Below are positions 8,180 through 20,091 of a stretch of DNA of 64,000 nucleotides, in pieces; the stretch's first letter is position 1; each line of letters opens with the position of its first letter. Made by a program: the position numbers and the translations under genes. Origin of the DNA: Verrucomicrobiia bacterium (GTDB taxonomy: Bacteria > Verrucomicrobiota > Verrucomicrobiia > Limisphaerales > UBA11358); the NCBI GenBank assembly GCA_035546095.1, contig DASZXB010000017.1:24-64023 (forward strand), read 5' to 3'. The notes below the pieces were generated by a model. That model ran no database searches, was not told the DNA's origin, and saw nothing but the letters and a program-made list of their open reading frames with translations.

Positions 8180-9631
8180 ATGAATCACTTTGCTTTGCTC
8201 AAATGGTCGGGGAAATTTTCTTTTTCAATCCTGCTTTTTACCTTCGCTTTATCATTCGCGCAACTCGTGACAGCGCAGACACAGCCGGTTACGGTTTCTA
8301 TTTCAGACGAAAACAATGGCAAAGAATTGTCGCCACAATTCCTCGGTTTGAGTTTTGAATCGTCCGCGCTGATTCCCAAAGACGGTCACTATTATTTCGC
8401 GCCGCAAGACACGGTGATGGTCAACGCCTTCAAAACGCTCGGCATCAAAAGTCTGCGCGTCGGCGCGAACGCCGTGGACGACCCGCGCATTCCAGTGCCC
8501 GACACCAATGACATTGACCATTTGTTTGATTTCGCGCGCGCGGCGGGCGTAAAAGTCATTTATTCCTTCCGTCTGAAAAATGGCGACCCGATGAATTCCG
8601 CGCGGTTGGCCAGTTACATCGCCGCACACGACACCGACGCGCTCGATTGTTTTTCCATCGGCAACGAACCAAACTTTTATCTCAAAACATTCGACGCTTA
8701 TTTCGCGGAATGGAAGCCGCACTTCGACGCCATTTTGAAAGTTGTGCCGGACGCGCAATTTGACGGCGCGAGCGCCACCGGCCCTTACGCGCTCGGTTTG
8801 GCCAAAGCCGTTTTTGCCACCGGCCATCTGGCGATGGCGAGCGACCATTATTATTTTCTCGGTTCTGGTCGCGCGGGTGAAAAAGACCCTGCCGCCAATC
8901 GCGTCCGTTTTCTTTCCGACCGGCTTCACGGCGTTTATCAACGCGCTTACAACGAGACCGGCGCGAAACTCGCGGCGGAAGGCGTGCCTTATCGCATTGA
9001 CGAATTGAACAGTTGCTACAACGGTGGCGCGCACGGTTCGAGCGACACTTACGTTTCCGCGTTGTGGGCGCTGGACTGCATTCATTGGTGGGCGGCGCAT
9101 CACATTTTGGGCATGAACTTTCACACCGGCGAATCCGTTGGACGCGACGGTGGTTTCGGCGCGGCGAATTACGCGGCATTCGTGCATCTTCCAGCAAACC
9201 AAGGACTCGAAATGCGTCCGCAATCTTACGGCTATCTCGCTTTCAGCCAAAGTGCGCACGGCCAATCACTGCCGGTGAAAATCAATGCGAACCCGAAATT
9301 TGATTTCGACGCCTACGCCTATCGCGACCACGACAATTCCATTTACGTGACGTTCATCAACAAAAGTTTCGGCACGAACGCGCAACCGGCAAAAGTTTCA
9401 TTGCAACTGCCCGCGAACGTCAGCGCGCAAAGTTATCAGCGCATGGATTTGGCGCAAAAAGACAATGACATGGCCGCTCGAACCGGACTCACGCTCGGCG
9501 GCGCGCCGATTGACACGCAAGGAAATTGGAACGGCCAATGGCAACCAATTGCCGGAACAGACTCGGCGGACATAACCGTTGAAGTCGCGCCGCTTTCCGC
9601 CGCCATTTTGCATTTTGCGGCAATGAAATGA
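8180..9631 (+). CDS. secreted glycoside-hydrolase-like protein (clan GH-A TIM-barrel type)
   Basis: Signal peptide, then an LGLSFE...LRVGANAVD N-terminal barrel pattern and an IGNEPNFY motif (the NEP acid/base motif of clan GH-A). The exact GH family cannot be assigned by eye. Confidence 0.6.
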   Translation: MNHFALLKWSGKFSFSILLFTFALSFAQLVTAQTQPVTVSISDENNGKELSPQFLGLSFESSALIPKDGHYYFAPQDTVMVNAFKTLGIKSLRVGANAVDDPRIPVPDTNDIDHLFDFARAAGVKVIYSFRLKNGDPMNSARLASYIAAHDTDALDCFSIGNEPNFYLKTFDAYFAEWKPHFDAILKVVPDAQFDGASATGPYALGLAKAVFATGHLAMASDHYYFLGSGRAGEKDPAANRVRFLSDRLHGVYQRAYNETGAKLAAEGVPYRIDELNSCYNGGAHGSSDTYVSALWALDCIHWWAAHHILGMNFHTGESVGRDGGFGAANYAAFVHLPANQGLEMRPQSYGYLAFSQSAHGQSLPVKINANPKFDFDAYAYRDHDNSIYVTFINKSFGTNAQPAKVSLQLPANVSAQSYQRMDLAQKDNDMAARTGLTLGGAPIDTQGNWNGQWQPIAGTDSADITVEVAPLSAAILHFAAMK

Positions 9632-9652
9632 TTCAATGTAAGCTGCATCATC

Positions 9653-9886
9653 ATGCCCATAATTTTTCAAAAGAACGGATTTAAGTTTTTCTTTTATAGC
9701 AACGAACATCGCCCGATTCACGTTCATGTTCGCTATGGCGGCGGTGAAGCTGTGTTTGATATTGAAGGTGGAATTGCTTTGCGCGAATCAAAGGGACTTA
9801 AACTCAACGATTTGAGCAAGGCTGAAAAACTTGCGGAACAAAATAAAAAGCTGATAATTGAGAAGTGGCATGAACACCTTGACTGA
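9653..9886 (+). CDS. DUF4160 domain protein
   Basis: MPIIFQKNGFKFFFYSNEHRPIHVHVRYGGGEAVF matches the DUF4160 N-terminal pattern (MP...F.F..NEH.P.H.H). Confidence 0.75.
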   Translation: MPIIFQKNGFKFFFYSNEHRPIHVHVRYGGGEAVFDIEGGIALRESKGLKLNDLSKAEKLAEQNKKLIIEKWHEHLD

Positions 9887-10124
9887 CACTGCGGTTGCCG
9901 CCGTTCACGAAAGCGGATTCATCATCGTGCGCATGGAAAGCGGCGAGGAAATCCGTTTTCCCGTCACGCAAAATCCGCGCCTCGCGCGCGGCACACACCG
10001 GCAGCTAAATCACATCGAAATTTCTCCGTTCGGCCTGCACTGGCCGGAACTCGATGAAGATTTGTCTTTTCGCGGCTTGCTTGAAGGTGACTATGGACAA
10101 TTCCAGAAACCATCAAAAAGTTGA
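9858..10124 (+). CDS. DUF2442 domain protein
   Basis: 88 aa with the C-terminal pattern IEISPFGLHWPELDEDLSFRGLL typical of DUF2442. It overlaps the DUF4160 gene by 29 nt. Confidence 0.7.
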   Translation: MRSGMNTLTDTAVAAVHESGFIIVRMESGEEIRFPVTQNPRLARGTHRQLNHIEISPFGLHWPELDEDLSFRGLLEGDYGQFQKPSKS

Positions 10125-10329
10125 ACGCATAAAAAATGTTCTTGCGATTGGTTTTGGAATTTTGCTGATTCTTTCCATCTTGGCTTGGGTTGTTGGCGTG
10201 CTAACGATGGTTGTCGTTCCGTTGTTCGGCGGAATTCGGGCAGATAAAATCGGAGCAATCGGAATAACTGTTGCGGGATTCGGTGAACTTTCCGCTTACT
10301 TTTTTGGCTGGTTCTTGCGAAAAAAGTAG
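10093..10329 (+). CDS. hypothetical two-TM small protein
   Basis: The ORF continues from the DUF2442 gene region and has two strongly hydrophobic helices. The start at ATG 10093 is a guess. Confidence 0.3.
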   Translation: MDNSRNHQKVERIKNVLAIGFGILLILSILAWVVGVLTMVVVPLFGGIRADKIGAIGITVAGFGELSAYFFGWFLRKK

Positions 10330-10384
10330 TTTTCAAATTCCTTGTGCGCTCGACAGCTTTCATTTCCGTTGCTAGCGTTTTGAA

Positions 10385-11338
10385 ATGAATTTCTTGGTCA
10401 CCGGCGGCGCGGGTTTTATCGGCTCGCACGTTTGCGAACGGCTTCTGCGTGACGGCCACGGTGTTTGGACGTTTGACGATTTGAATGATTTTTACGACCC
10501 GCAGCTCAAACGCAAAAATATCCGTGACATCCAATCACTGGCCAAACCGTTTGAATTTATTCAAGGCGATTTGTGTGATGCGAACGCGCTGAACGAAATT
10601 TTTTCTTCCGTAAAATTCGATCAAGTTATCCATCTCGCGGCGCGCGCGGGCGTACGGCCAAGCTTGGAACAACCGGCGCTTTACCAGCGTGTGAACGTGG
10701 AAGGTACGGTCAATTTGCTCGAAGCCGCGCGCAAATCCGGCGTGAAAAAAATCATTCTTGCGTCGTCGTCGTCGGTTTACGGTGTGAACGCCAAAGTGCC
10801 GTTTTCGGAAAGTGACCCGATTTTTTCCGCCATTTCGCCTTACGCGGCGAGCAAACTGGCATGCGAGGCGCTCGGTCACGTTTATCATCACGTTCACAAA
10901 ATGGACGTGACGATGCTGCGGTTGTTCACAGTTTATGGCCCGCGCCAGCGACCGGATTTGGCTATTCGCAAATTCGCCGCGCTCATCACCAGCGGCAAAC
11001 CAATTCCGGTTTTCGGCGACGGCGGCACGGCACGCGATTACACTTACGTTTCCGACACGGTGGACGGAATTGTCGCCGCGACGAAAAAAGAATTCGGCTA
11101 CGACATCTTCAATCTCGGCGAATCGCAGACGGTGAAATTGAGCCGTTTGATTGAATTGCTCGAAACCGCGCTGGGCAAAAAAGCTGTGATTGACCGAAAA
11201 CCGGAACAGCCCGGCGACGTGCCCATCACGTTCGCGGACGTTTCCAAAGCGCGCGAAAAACTCGGTTACGACCCGAAAATCAAAATCGAGCAGGGAATAA
11301 AATCATTTGCAGATTGGTTTCAAAAAAGCCAAAGTTAG
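10385..11338 (+). CDS. NAD-dependent sugar-nucleotide epimerase (UDP-glucuronate 4-epimerase-like SDR)
   Basis: TGGAGFIGSH Rossmann motif, YAASK catalytic YxxxK, and FTVYGPRQRPDLA typical of the UDP-GlcA epimerase subgroup. Confidence 0.85.
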   Translation: MNFLVTGGAGFIGSHVCERLLRDGHGVWTFDDLNDFYDPQLKRKNIRDIQSLAKPFEFIQGDLCDANALNEIFSSVKFDQVIHLAARAGVRPSLEQPALYQRVNVEGTVNLLEAARKSGVKKIILASSSSVYGVNAKVPFSESDPIFSAISPYAASKLACEALGHVYHHVHKMDVTMLRLFTVYGPRQRPDLAIRKFAALITSGKPIPVFGDGGTARDYTYVSDTVDGIVAATKKEFGYDIFNLGESQTVKLSRLIELLETALGKKAVIDRKPEQPGDVPITFADVSKAREKLGYDPKIKIEQGIKSFADWFQKSQS

Positions 11339-11345
11339 CCCCCGC

Positions 11346-11930
11346 ATGAGTTCATCGCCGCCCGTGACCCGACCCGCGCTTCGCGAAGCGCTCGACGCCT
11401 GGAAAAAAATTCTCGCCGAACGCGGTTTCGCGACCGACGCGATCTGGATTTTCGAGGAGAATCTTTGCTTTGAAAAATCGCGCGCCGAACGCGGCGGATT
11501 CCACGTCGGTTTCCAGACGAAATTCACGCCGCCGGATTCCGACGCGCTGGACATCGCGTTCGACCATTTCGGCGAAACGGACGCGCGCATCGTGTTTTAC
11601 CGGCTCGGCGAAATTCCCGGCAAATCTATTTGCATTTTGCTTTGCGATTCGTGGTTTGAGAAGAAAAGCGAAGCGGACGGTTTTGTGCGGCGCGACGACT
11701 GGAAAATTTCTTTTCATCTCGGCCAGAAAGAGGAAATCGAGGAAATCACCGATTTGAAACGCTGGCTGAACCGCATCAAGCGCGGGCGCGCGTTTCACGA
11801 TTTGGATTTCTGCATGACGCTGGCGACGATTGACGAAATCAAAATCCACGGTCGTCCGCTCGCGCATTACGAACGCTTCGCCGAAACGATGCTCAATCGT
11901 TTGCGCCGTTTTCTGGGTCAGCCGGCCTGA
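11346..11930 (+). CDS. hypothetical protein
   Basis: 194-aa ORF with coding-like composition directly downstream of the epimerase gene. No recognisable motif. Confidence 0.5.
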   Translation: MSSSPPVTRPALREALDAWKKILAERGFATDAIWIFEENLCFEKSRAERGGFHVGFQTKFTPPDSDALDIAFDHFGETDARIVFYRLGEIPGKSICILLCDSWFEKKSEADGFVRRDDWKISFHLGQKEEIEEITDLKRWLNRIKRGRAFHDLDFCMTLATIDEIKIHGRPLAHYERFAETMLNRLRRFLGQPA

Positions 11931-13225
11931 CGCTGCCGTGGCGGGCGCAAATCCGGCGGCGGCGCGTTCGTGTTCGACGGCGTATTTTCTTGTTTGAACG
12001 CCGAGCGCAATAACCAATGCCGTTTCAATCCCTGGATGAAATCGTCCGTGTCCACGACGATTTTCGAGATGCTGCTCAACATATTGGTGTTGGTTTGCAC
12101 CTGCACATTGAGATTGCTCGTGAGGTCGGCCAAATGAACCAGAATGGCGGTCAGGTTCGTGTCCGTATTGGCGAGCATCGAATTTGCGTTGGTCAAAATG
12201 CCTTGCAATTGTTCGTTGCCGTTCGTGCCAATCGCCCAATTGACCATGCCGCCCGGCTCGCGCAATTGCGCGCTGATGGCGGTGAAATTCGTCAGCATCG
12301 GCTGCGCGGAAACAATGGTCTGATTCAAATTGGAAGTGGCGAGCGCGGCGTTGGCGAGCGTGGCGTTGGCGTTGTCCAGCACACCGGCGATTTTGTTCGT
12401 GAGCGCCAGAATTCCCGGCAAGGCTTTTTGGACTTGCGTAATCATCGCCTGCGCCTGGTCGGTGACGGACGGCGATTCCGCGACGACCAATTGATAGGCG
12501 TTGGTTTCGCCGTTGTCGCGAGGATTGTAGTGTTCGTAACGCTGCAATTGTTTGTTCCACATCGCCGTGATGTGAGAACGGTTTTGTTTCAAGTTGATGG
12601 CCGGAATGGAATCCAGTTTCATTTCCGCCATTTGTTCCACGTTGGACGGCCACAAGGCCGTGGTATAGACGCGAAAAACGAGATTAGAATTGTCGTCGTA
12701 AAGATTTTCCGCCAGCCGCCAGTCTTGCGGATCGGAAAGTTCTTTGGCTTCGTCCAGCGAAAGAGTTTCCAACGGGTGCGTGAGATAGGCGTTGCAGCCG
12801 TTCGTGCCGCGCGTGATTTCCAGCGAACGATTGCCGAGCAAATCCGAATTCACCTTGACCAACGAGCCTTCGCTCCAGATGTATCCGTAATACGGGTCTT
12901 TTTGCGGCGTGACCTGATTGACGAAAAATTCAATCCGCACATTATACTTGGAGCGCGGCGGCATGGCGGTGATGCCGCTGATTTGGCCGACTTGAAATCC
13001 CATCAACATCACCGGCGCGCCGACGGTCAAACCCGCCGCGTTGTTGACGTAAGTGTAAAATCTCGCTTTCACCAGAAACCAGCCGCTGGTTCGCGCCTTG
13101 TTGTAAAGGTAATAGCCAAAGCCGAACAGCAGCAACGCCGTGGCGAAAAACACAAACCAGCCGACGAGGCGTTCCATGCGGTTCAAGCGCGTGCGCAGTT
13201 GCGGAGTCAAATCTTGCAGTGGCAT
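11918..13225 (-). CDS. MlaD/MCE-domain protein with long C-terminal helical extension
   Basis: N-terminal TM helix followed by an MCE core (GLTVGAPVMLMGFQVGQISGI), then an N/T/L-rich helical repeat region. Confidence 0.75.
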   Translation of the reverse strand: MPLQDLTPQLRTRLNRMERLVGWFVFFATALLLFGFGYYLYNKARTSGWFLVKARFYTYVNNAAGLTVGAPVMLMGFQVGQISGITAMPPRSKYNVRIEFFVNQVTPQKDPYYGYIWSEGSLVKVNSDLLGNRSLEITRGTNGCNAYLTHPLETLSLDEAKELSDPQDWRLAENLYDDNSNLVFRVYTTALWPSNVEQMAEMKLDSIPAINLKQNRSHITAMWNKQLQRYEHYNPRDNGETNAYQLVVAESPSVTDQAQAMITQVQKALPGILALTNKIAGVLDNANATLANAALATSNLNQTIVSAQPMLTNFTAISAQLREPGGMVNWAIGTNGNEQLQGILTNANSMLANTDTNLTAILVHLADLTSNLNVQVQTNTNMLSSISKIVVDTDDFIQGLKRHWLLRSAFKQENTPSNTNAPPPDLRPPRQRQAG

Positions 13226-13252
13226 AAAGTTAATGATTAAAGCGTTGAGACG

Positions 13253-14053
13253 TTAAAGTGATTTGGTTGCGACAATTATTTCTTCCGGCTCGGCCAGCAA
13301 TTCTTTCACCATTGGATTTTCAGTTGCGGCGATTTCCGTCCAGAGACCGAGCGGGACAAATTTTTTTTCGTGCAACAACGCGAATTTGCGCCGCGCATTT
13401 TGCCACGGGCGCAAATCTTCGGTCGAAACAATCAGCGTCATCGGACGGTTATCTAGCCATTCGTGGCCGCGCCAAAGTTGATCCAGAAAATGCAACAGCC
13501 ATTGGCGATGCCGCACGCCCAAACCGTGCAATGGATTATCGAGCAACAGTAATTCCGGTTTGAGAATCAATGCGCGCGCCAGCGCGGCGCGCAAACGCCA
13601 GCTCGCCGCGACGTTTGGCGGCGTCAGGTCGGCAATCGGCGACAATTCCAAAATGTCCAGCAGCGTTTTTACAGATTCCGTCGCCTGCTCCGATGTCCAA
13701 TTTTTTTGATAGCGCAACGGCAGCGCGACATTTTCCGCAATCGTTAGCCGGTTGAACAACTGGCCGCCTTGAAAAACAAAACCGACGCGCAAGCGTTCAG
13801 CCAATTGTGCTTCGCCGAACGACGCCGTTTCGCAACCAAACACGCGGCAACTGCCGCCAGCGGGATTCATCAAACCCGCCGCGAGCATCATCAAATCGCT
13901 TTTGCCGGAATACTGCTGGCCGGCGACCACCCAGAATTCCGCCGGTAAAATCGTCCACTCCACTTCCTCGACCACCATGAGCGAAGGTTCGCGCAACGCC
14001 GCGACTGACGCGTCGCGGATTTCCAAAATAGCCGGTTGGGAAATCTCGCTCAT
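13253..14053 (-). CDS. ABC-transporter ATPase-like protein (MlaF-like) with degenerate catalytic motifs
   Basis: Walker A GQQYSGKS is present. The signature region reads VAASW (not LSGGQ), Walker B reads LLLLDNP (not hhhhDEP) and the H-loop reads STED (not THD). Its ATGA start overlaps the permease stop. Confidence 0.75.
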   Translation of the reverse strand: MSEISQPAILEIRDASVAALREPSLMVVEEVEWTILPAEFWVVAGQQYSGKSDLMMLAAGLMNPAGGSCRVFGCETASFGEAQLAERLRVGFVFQGGQLFNRLTIAENVALPLRYQKNWTSEQATESVKTLLDILELSPIADLTPPNVAASWRLRAALARALILKPELLLLDNPLHGLGVRHRQWLLHFLDQLWRGHEWLDNRPMTLIVSTEDLRPWQNARRKFALLHEKKFVPLGLWTEIAATENPMVKELLAEPEEIIVATKSL

Positions 14054-14910
14054 GAAAATAGATAAATCACGATGAACAGCGCGTCCACGAACACACAGAC
14101 GATGACGCCTTGCGAAATCGCGCGCACGGCCACGCGCGAAACGTCTTCGAGCCGCAACGGCTGCGCGAGACCGTGATAACACGTCACGATGGCGATGAAA
14201 AATCCGAACGCAATGGTTTTCAGCGCGAGCAATACGAAATCCAGCCAGCCGAGCGCGCTGGTGATTTGCTTGAAATAATTGTCGGGTGTCAGCGCCGCGT
14301 TTTGCAAAAAGGCAAACAGATAACCGCTCACCAGCGTGCCGATAATCAAATAAACCGTCAGCGAAAAAATGCCGAGCGCCATGCCGATGACGCGCGGGAC
14401 GATGAGATAATGCACCGGGTCAATGCCGAGCGCTTCGAGTGCTTCCACTTCGCCCAGCGCGCGTGCCGTTCCCAGTTCAATCACATTCGCCGTGCCGACG
14501 CGCGCCAGCACCAGCATCGCCGCCAACAGCGGTCCCAATTCGCGCACGACCACGATGACCATCGTGGAACCGAGATAATTGATGGCGCCGACTTTTTCCA
14601 GCGCGGCGACGGTTTGTCCCACGACCAAAAAGCCGAGCGCCAGTGCGATGAAAATAAACATCGGCAGCAAGGCGACGCCGGCGCGCGCGATTTCCTGCCG
14701 GATGCGCGGGCGGATGACATTTTTCGCCATGCCGGATTTTCGCAAAATGACGCCCAGCGTGATGAGCGCAAACGCGCCCAGCCCTTGCACCGTGAGCAGA
14801 AATAAAAGCAACTTCCGGCCGAGATAATCCGTGTAAGTGCGCGGCAACGGCACGTGTCCCAGCCATTGTTTTTCGGGCAGGTGAAACAGGTTGCTCAATT
14901 TTCCTTGCAC
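14050..14910 (-). CDS. MlaE-like ABC transporter permease
   Basis: Polytopic protein with the MlaE-type core (VVRELGPLLAAMLVLARVGTA...ALEALGIDP). There is no in-frame ATG upstream of the first TM segment, so I propose GTG 14910. The start is uncertain. Confidence 0.7.
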   Translation of the reverse strand: MQGKLSNLFHLPEKQWLGHVPLPRTYTDYLGRKLLLFLLTVQGLGAFALITLGVILRKSGMAKNVIRPRIRQEIARAGVALLPMFIFIALALGFLVVGQTVAALEKVGAINYLGSTMVIVVVRELGPLLAAMLVLARVGTANVIELGTARALGEVEALEALGIDPVHYLIVPRVIGMALGIFSLTVYLIIGTLVSGYLFAFLQNAALTPDNYFKQITSALGWLDFVLLALKTIAFGFFIAIVTCYHGLAQPLRLEDVSRVAVRAISQGVIVCVFVDALFIVIYLFS

Positions 14911-14976
14911 CTCGCCAGCGTAAAACTCATTCGCGGTGCGGTCAAAATAGTTTTTCTTTCGATTGGCCGTCGCTAG

Positions 14977-17574
<2,598 letters not shown>

Positions 17575-17621
17575 AATATCTGGACAAAGGTTTGTGACGG
17601 ACGTATTCAACAAAGCGGGCA

Positions 17622-17768
17622 ATGAACCGAATCTACTACGGCGATAATCTCCAAGTCTTCCGCGAGCACATCGCGAACGAATCCGTTGACTTCATTTGTC
17701 TCAATTACAGACCAGACTTGCATTTCAAAAAGCCAAAACTGAAGTGCAAAGAGAGCAGAAGGAATTAG
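17622..17768 (+). pseudogene. N-terminal remnant of a DNA methyltransferase (N6/N4 type)
   Basis: 48-codon ORF MNRIYYGDNLQVFREHIANESVDFICLNYRPDL... matches the conserved N-terminus of DNA methylases up to where motif DPP(F/Y) should be. It reads LNYRP there and then terminates. Confidence 0.5.
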
Positions 17769-17780
17769 GAATTTAATACA

Positions 17781-19889
17781 ATGGAAAACGCTACTATCTC
17801 CGCAAAGAGCCGTGTGCGCAGCGGAGCTTATCCGGACTGGAGCAGTTCCAGTGATTTCGACGAAAATTTCAAAGCTTCCAATGGAGCGCAAATCACATAT
17901 TTGTTGATCGACAATCAGGTTCACGCGGAACGACATGAGTTGTTTGTTCGTCAGGTTATCCGGCTGGAAACAATGGAGGCAGTCCAACATTGGTCGCAAT
18001 GGAAACTACAATTTGAACCCAAACAACAGTTAATCACGCTTCATTCTCTGAAAATCAGGCGCGGCCAGAATGAAATTGAGCAATCCAATTTGGAGAAGGC
18101 GCATTTTTTACAGCGCGAGGAAGGATTGGAGCGTTTCGTCATCCATGGATGGTTCACGTTATTGATGATTTTGGAAGATGTGCGCCCTGGTGATGTTTTG
18201 GATTTTGCCTATACGATTGAGAGCTCATCCGAATTATTTCCAAATCAAGGCGGGAGTTTCTTTATTCTGCCGCAAGGCATGTCGGTTGGCAAATACCGCT
18301 TTGCCGTTCAATTTGCGGATGCACGGCAAAGAAAGTGGAGATCTTCTGCCAACTTGTTACCCACTGAAAGACATGAAAACGGCATGACTTTTTGGGAATG
18401 GTCCGGTGAAAAATTTGTCGCGCCGAAACTCGAAGCGAATACTCCGTCATGGCATATCAGTTATCCTTGGATTCAAGTCTCGGATTTTGCCGACTGGCAG
18501 ACGATTGCGGCAGGAATTTCCAAAATATGGATCGCAGAAACCGATGACTCGACGATTGCAGAACTTGTAAAAGAGATAGAAAACCTAGGACCCGGTTTGC
18601 CACGCCGCATTGAGCGCGCCATCCAATTGGTTCAAGATGAATGTCGTTACTTAAGCGTCAATTTGGAACTCGGCGGCCAAATTCCGACTTCGCCGGGCAC
18701 AGTTGCCCGCCGACGCTATGGCGATTGCAAAGACCTTTCCTTCCTGCTGGTAACCCTGTTGAAAAAGCTGGGCATCCGCGCTCGACCTGTGCTCGTGAAT
18801 ACATTTCTACGCAAATCAGTTCGTAATTTCATGCCCATGCCGTCACTGTTCAACCACGTCGTCGTGGAATTTGAAGTGGATGGTAAACAGCGTTGGATTG
18901 ATACTACTTTCAAACAACAGGGCGGCGGCGCTTTCAATCGTTTTATTCCCGATTATGGTTGCGGTCTGCCTGTGGATGCATCGGCAACTGGCTTGGTTGA
19001 ATCACCAAAACTGGAAATTTCCAACCTGTATGATTTGCATAAGCATGTTTTGCTCGACACAAAAAATGGTTCTTCTTTGATGGCTGTCACCTTGCACGTC
19101 GAAGGCAATCAAGCCGACCTGCACCGCATTCAATTCAAAAAATTTGGATTGGAAGAGTGGAGCAAACAACGGTTGGAATCCATGATAAACCGTTATCGTA
19201 GTGCCAAGCGCGTCGGGGAACTCAAATGCCAAGATGACCGTGACACAAATGTTTTTGTCCTCACCGAAGTTTTTGAGATTGAATTCAAACTAGGCAAACA
19301 CGCCAATCCCAAGCTGCGCGCTTTTCATCTGCCCGGTAGTTGGCTTAACACCATCCTGCCGATGCCGCCTAAAGGTGAACGCCACAATCCGTTTCTACTA
19401 CCGTATCCTTGTGCCATCAATTACGTCGTGGATGTGGACAATCGCGGCATCAACCGTTTGCGATTAAGCCAGCCTCGCACTGACATCAGCACCGATTTTG
19501 CCATTGTCAGCCGCACCGATAGAGTTGGCTTTGGCCATTTTACTATGCGCCTCGCCCTGCAAACGAAGGCCGCCGCCGTGACTCCAGAATTGATTGAAGA
19601 ACACATGGACTTTGTAGAAAAAATGGCAAATACTTGCAACCGTGTTTTAAATCTTGCGCCCGGTTATTCACGTCCAATTTCGCCATCAGGTTTTGGTGAA
19701 TTGCCCACAATTATCAAACCTAAACCACCATTTACCCCGGAAAGCAAAAAGCCCGCCGAAGCCATTTCTCCCGTCATTCGCAAATATAGTTTCATAGACA
19801 AAATCCGTCGGCATTGGAGAATCTTCTGGATTGTTCTCGTTGTGCTTTTTTGGGTAATCGGTTCGATGCTAAAAGGTTGTTCACATTGA
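17781..19889 (+). CDS. DUF3857 + transglutaminase-like cysteine protease domain protein with C-terminal TM anchor
   Basis: RRRYGDCKDLSFLLVTLLKKLGIRARPVLV is the transglutaminase-like catalytic Cys motif. The N-terminal region resembles DUF3857, and the C-terminus has a hydrophobic helix (WRIFWIVLVVLFWVIGSML). Confidence 0.7.
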   Translation: MENATISAKSRVRSGAYPDWSSSSDFDENFKASNGAQITYLLIDNQVHAERHELFVRQVIRLETMEAVQHWSQWKLQFEPKQQLITLHSLKIRRGQNEIEQSNLEKAHFLQREEGLERFVIHGWFTLLMILEDVRPGDVLDFAYTIESSSELFPNQGGSFFILPQGMSVGKYRFAVQFADARQRKWRSSANLLPTERHENGMTFWEWSGEKFVAPKLEANTPSWHISYPWIQVSDFADWQTIAAGISKIWIAETDDSTIAELVKEIENLGPGLPRRIERAIQLVQDECRYLSVNLELGGQIPTSPGTVARRRYGDCKDLSFLLVTLLKKLGIRARPVLVNTFLRKSVRNFMPMPSLFNHVVVEFEVDGKQRWIDTTFKQQGGGAFNRFIPDYGCGLPVDASATGLVESPKLEISNLYDLHKHVLLDTKNGSSLMAVTLHVEGNQADLHRIQFKKFGLEEWSKQRLESMINRYRSAKRVGELKCQDDRDTNVFVLTEVFEIEFKLGKHANPKLRAFHLPGSWLNTILPMPPKGERHNPFLLPYPCAINYVVDVDNRGINRLRLSQPRTDISTDFAIVSRTDRVGFGHFTMRLALQTKAAAVTPELIEEHMDFVEKMANTCNRVLNLAPGYSRPISPSGFGELPTIIKPKPPFTPESKKPAEAISPVIRKYSFIDKIRRHWRIFWIVLVVLFWVIGSMLKGCSH

Positions 19890-20091
19890 CCGGAATTGAT
19901 CTAATTTTGAACTCTGAAATTATCCTTAAAATAAATGACCACAGTTTTCAGATAAAGGAGTTATAGATTTTCAGAGGTCCTTGATGGATTTTAACGCGTT
20001 CGTATCAGAATTTTATACTTCGCATGGGCCATCAGAATTTGCAAAGGCTTTGAGGTTTTGGGTTCGTATTTATGCCATGCTCAAAGCCGAG

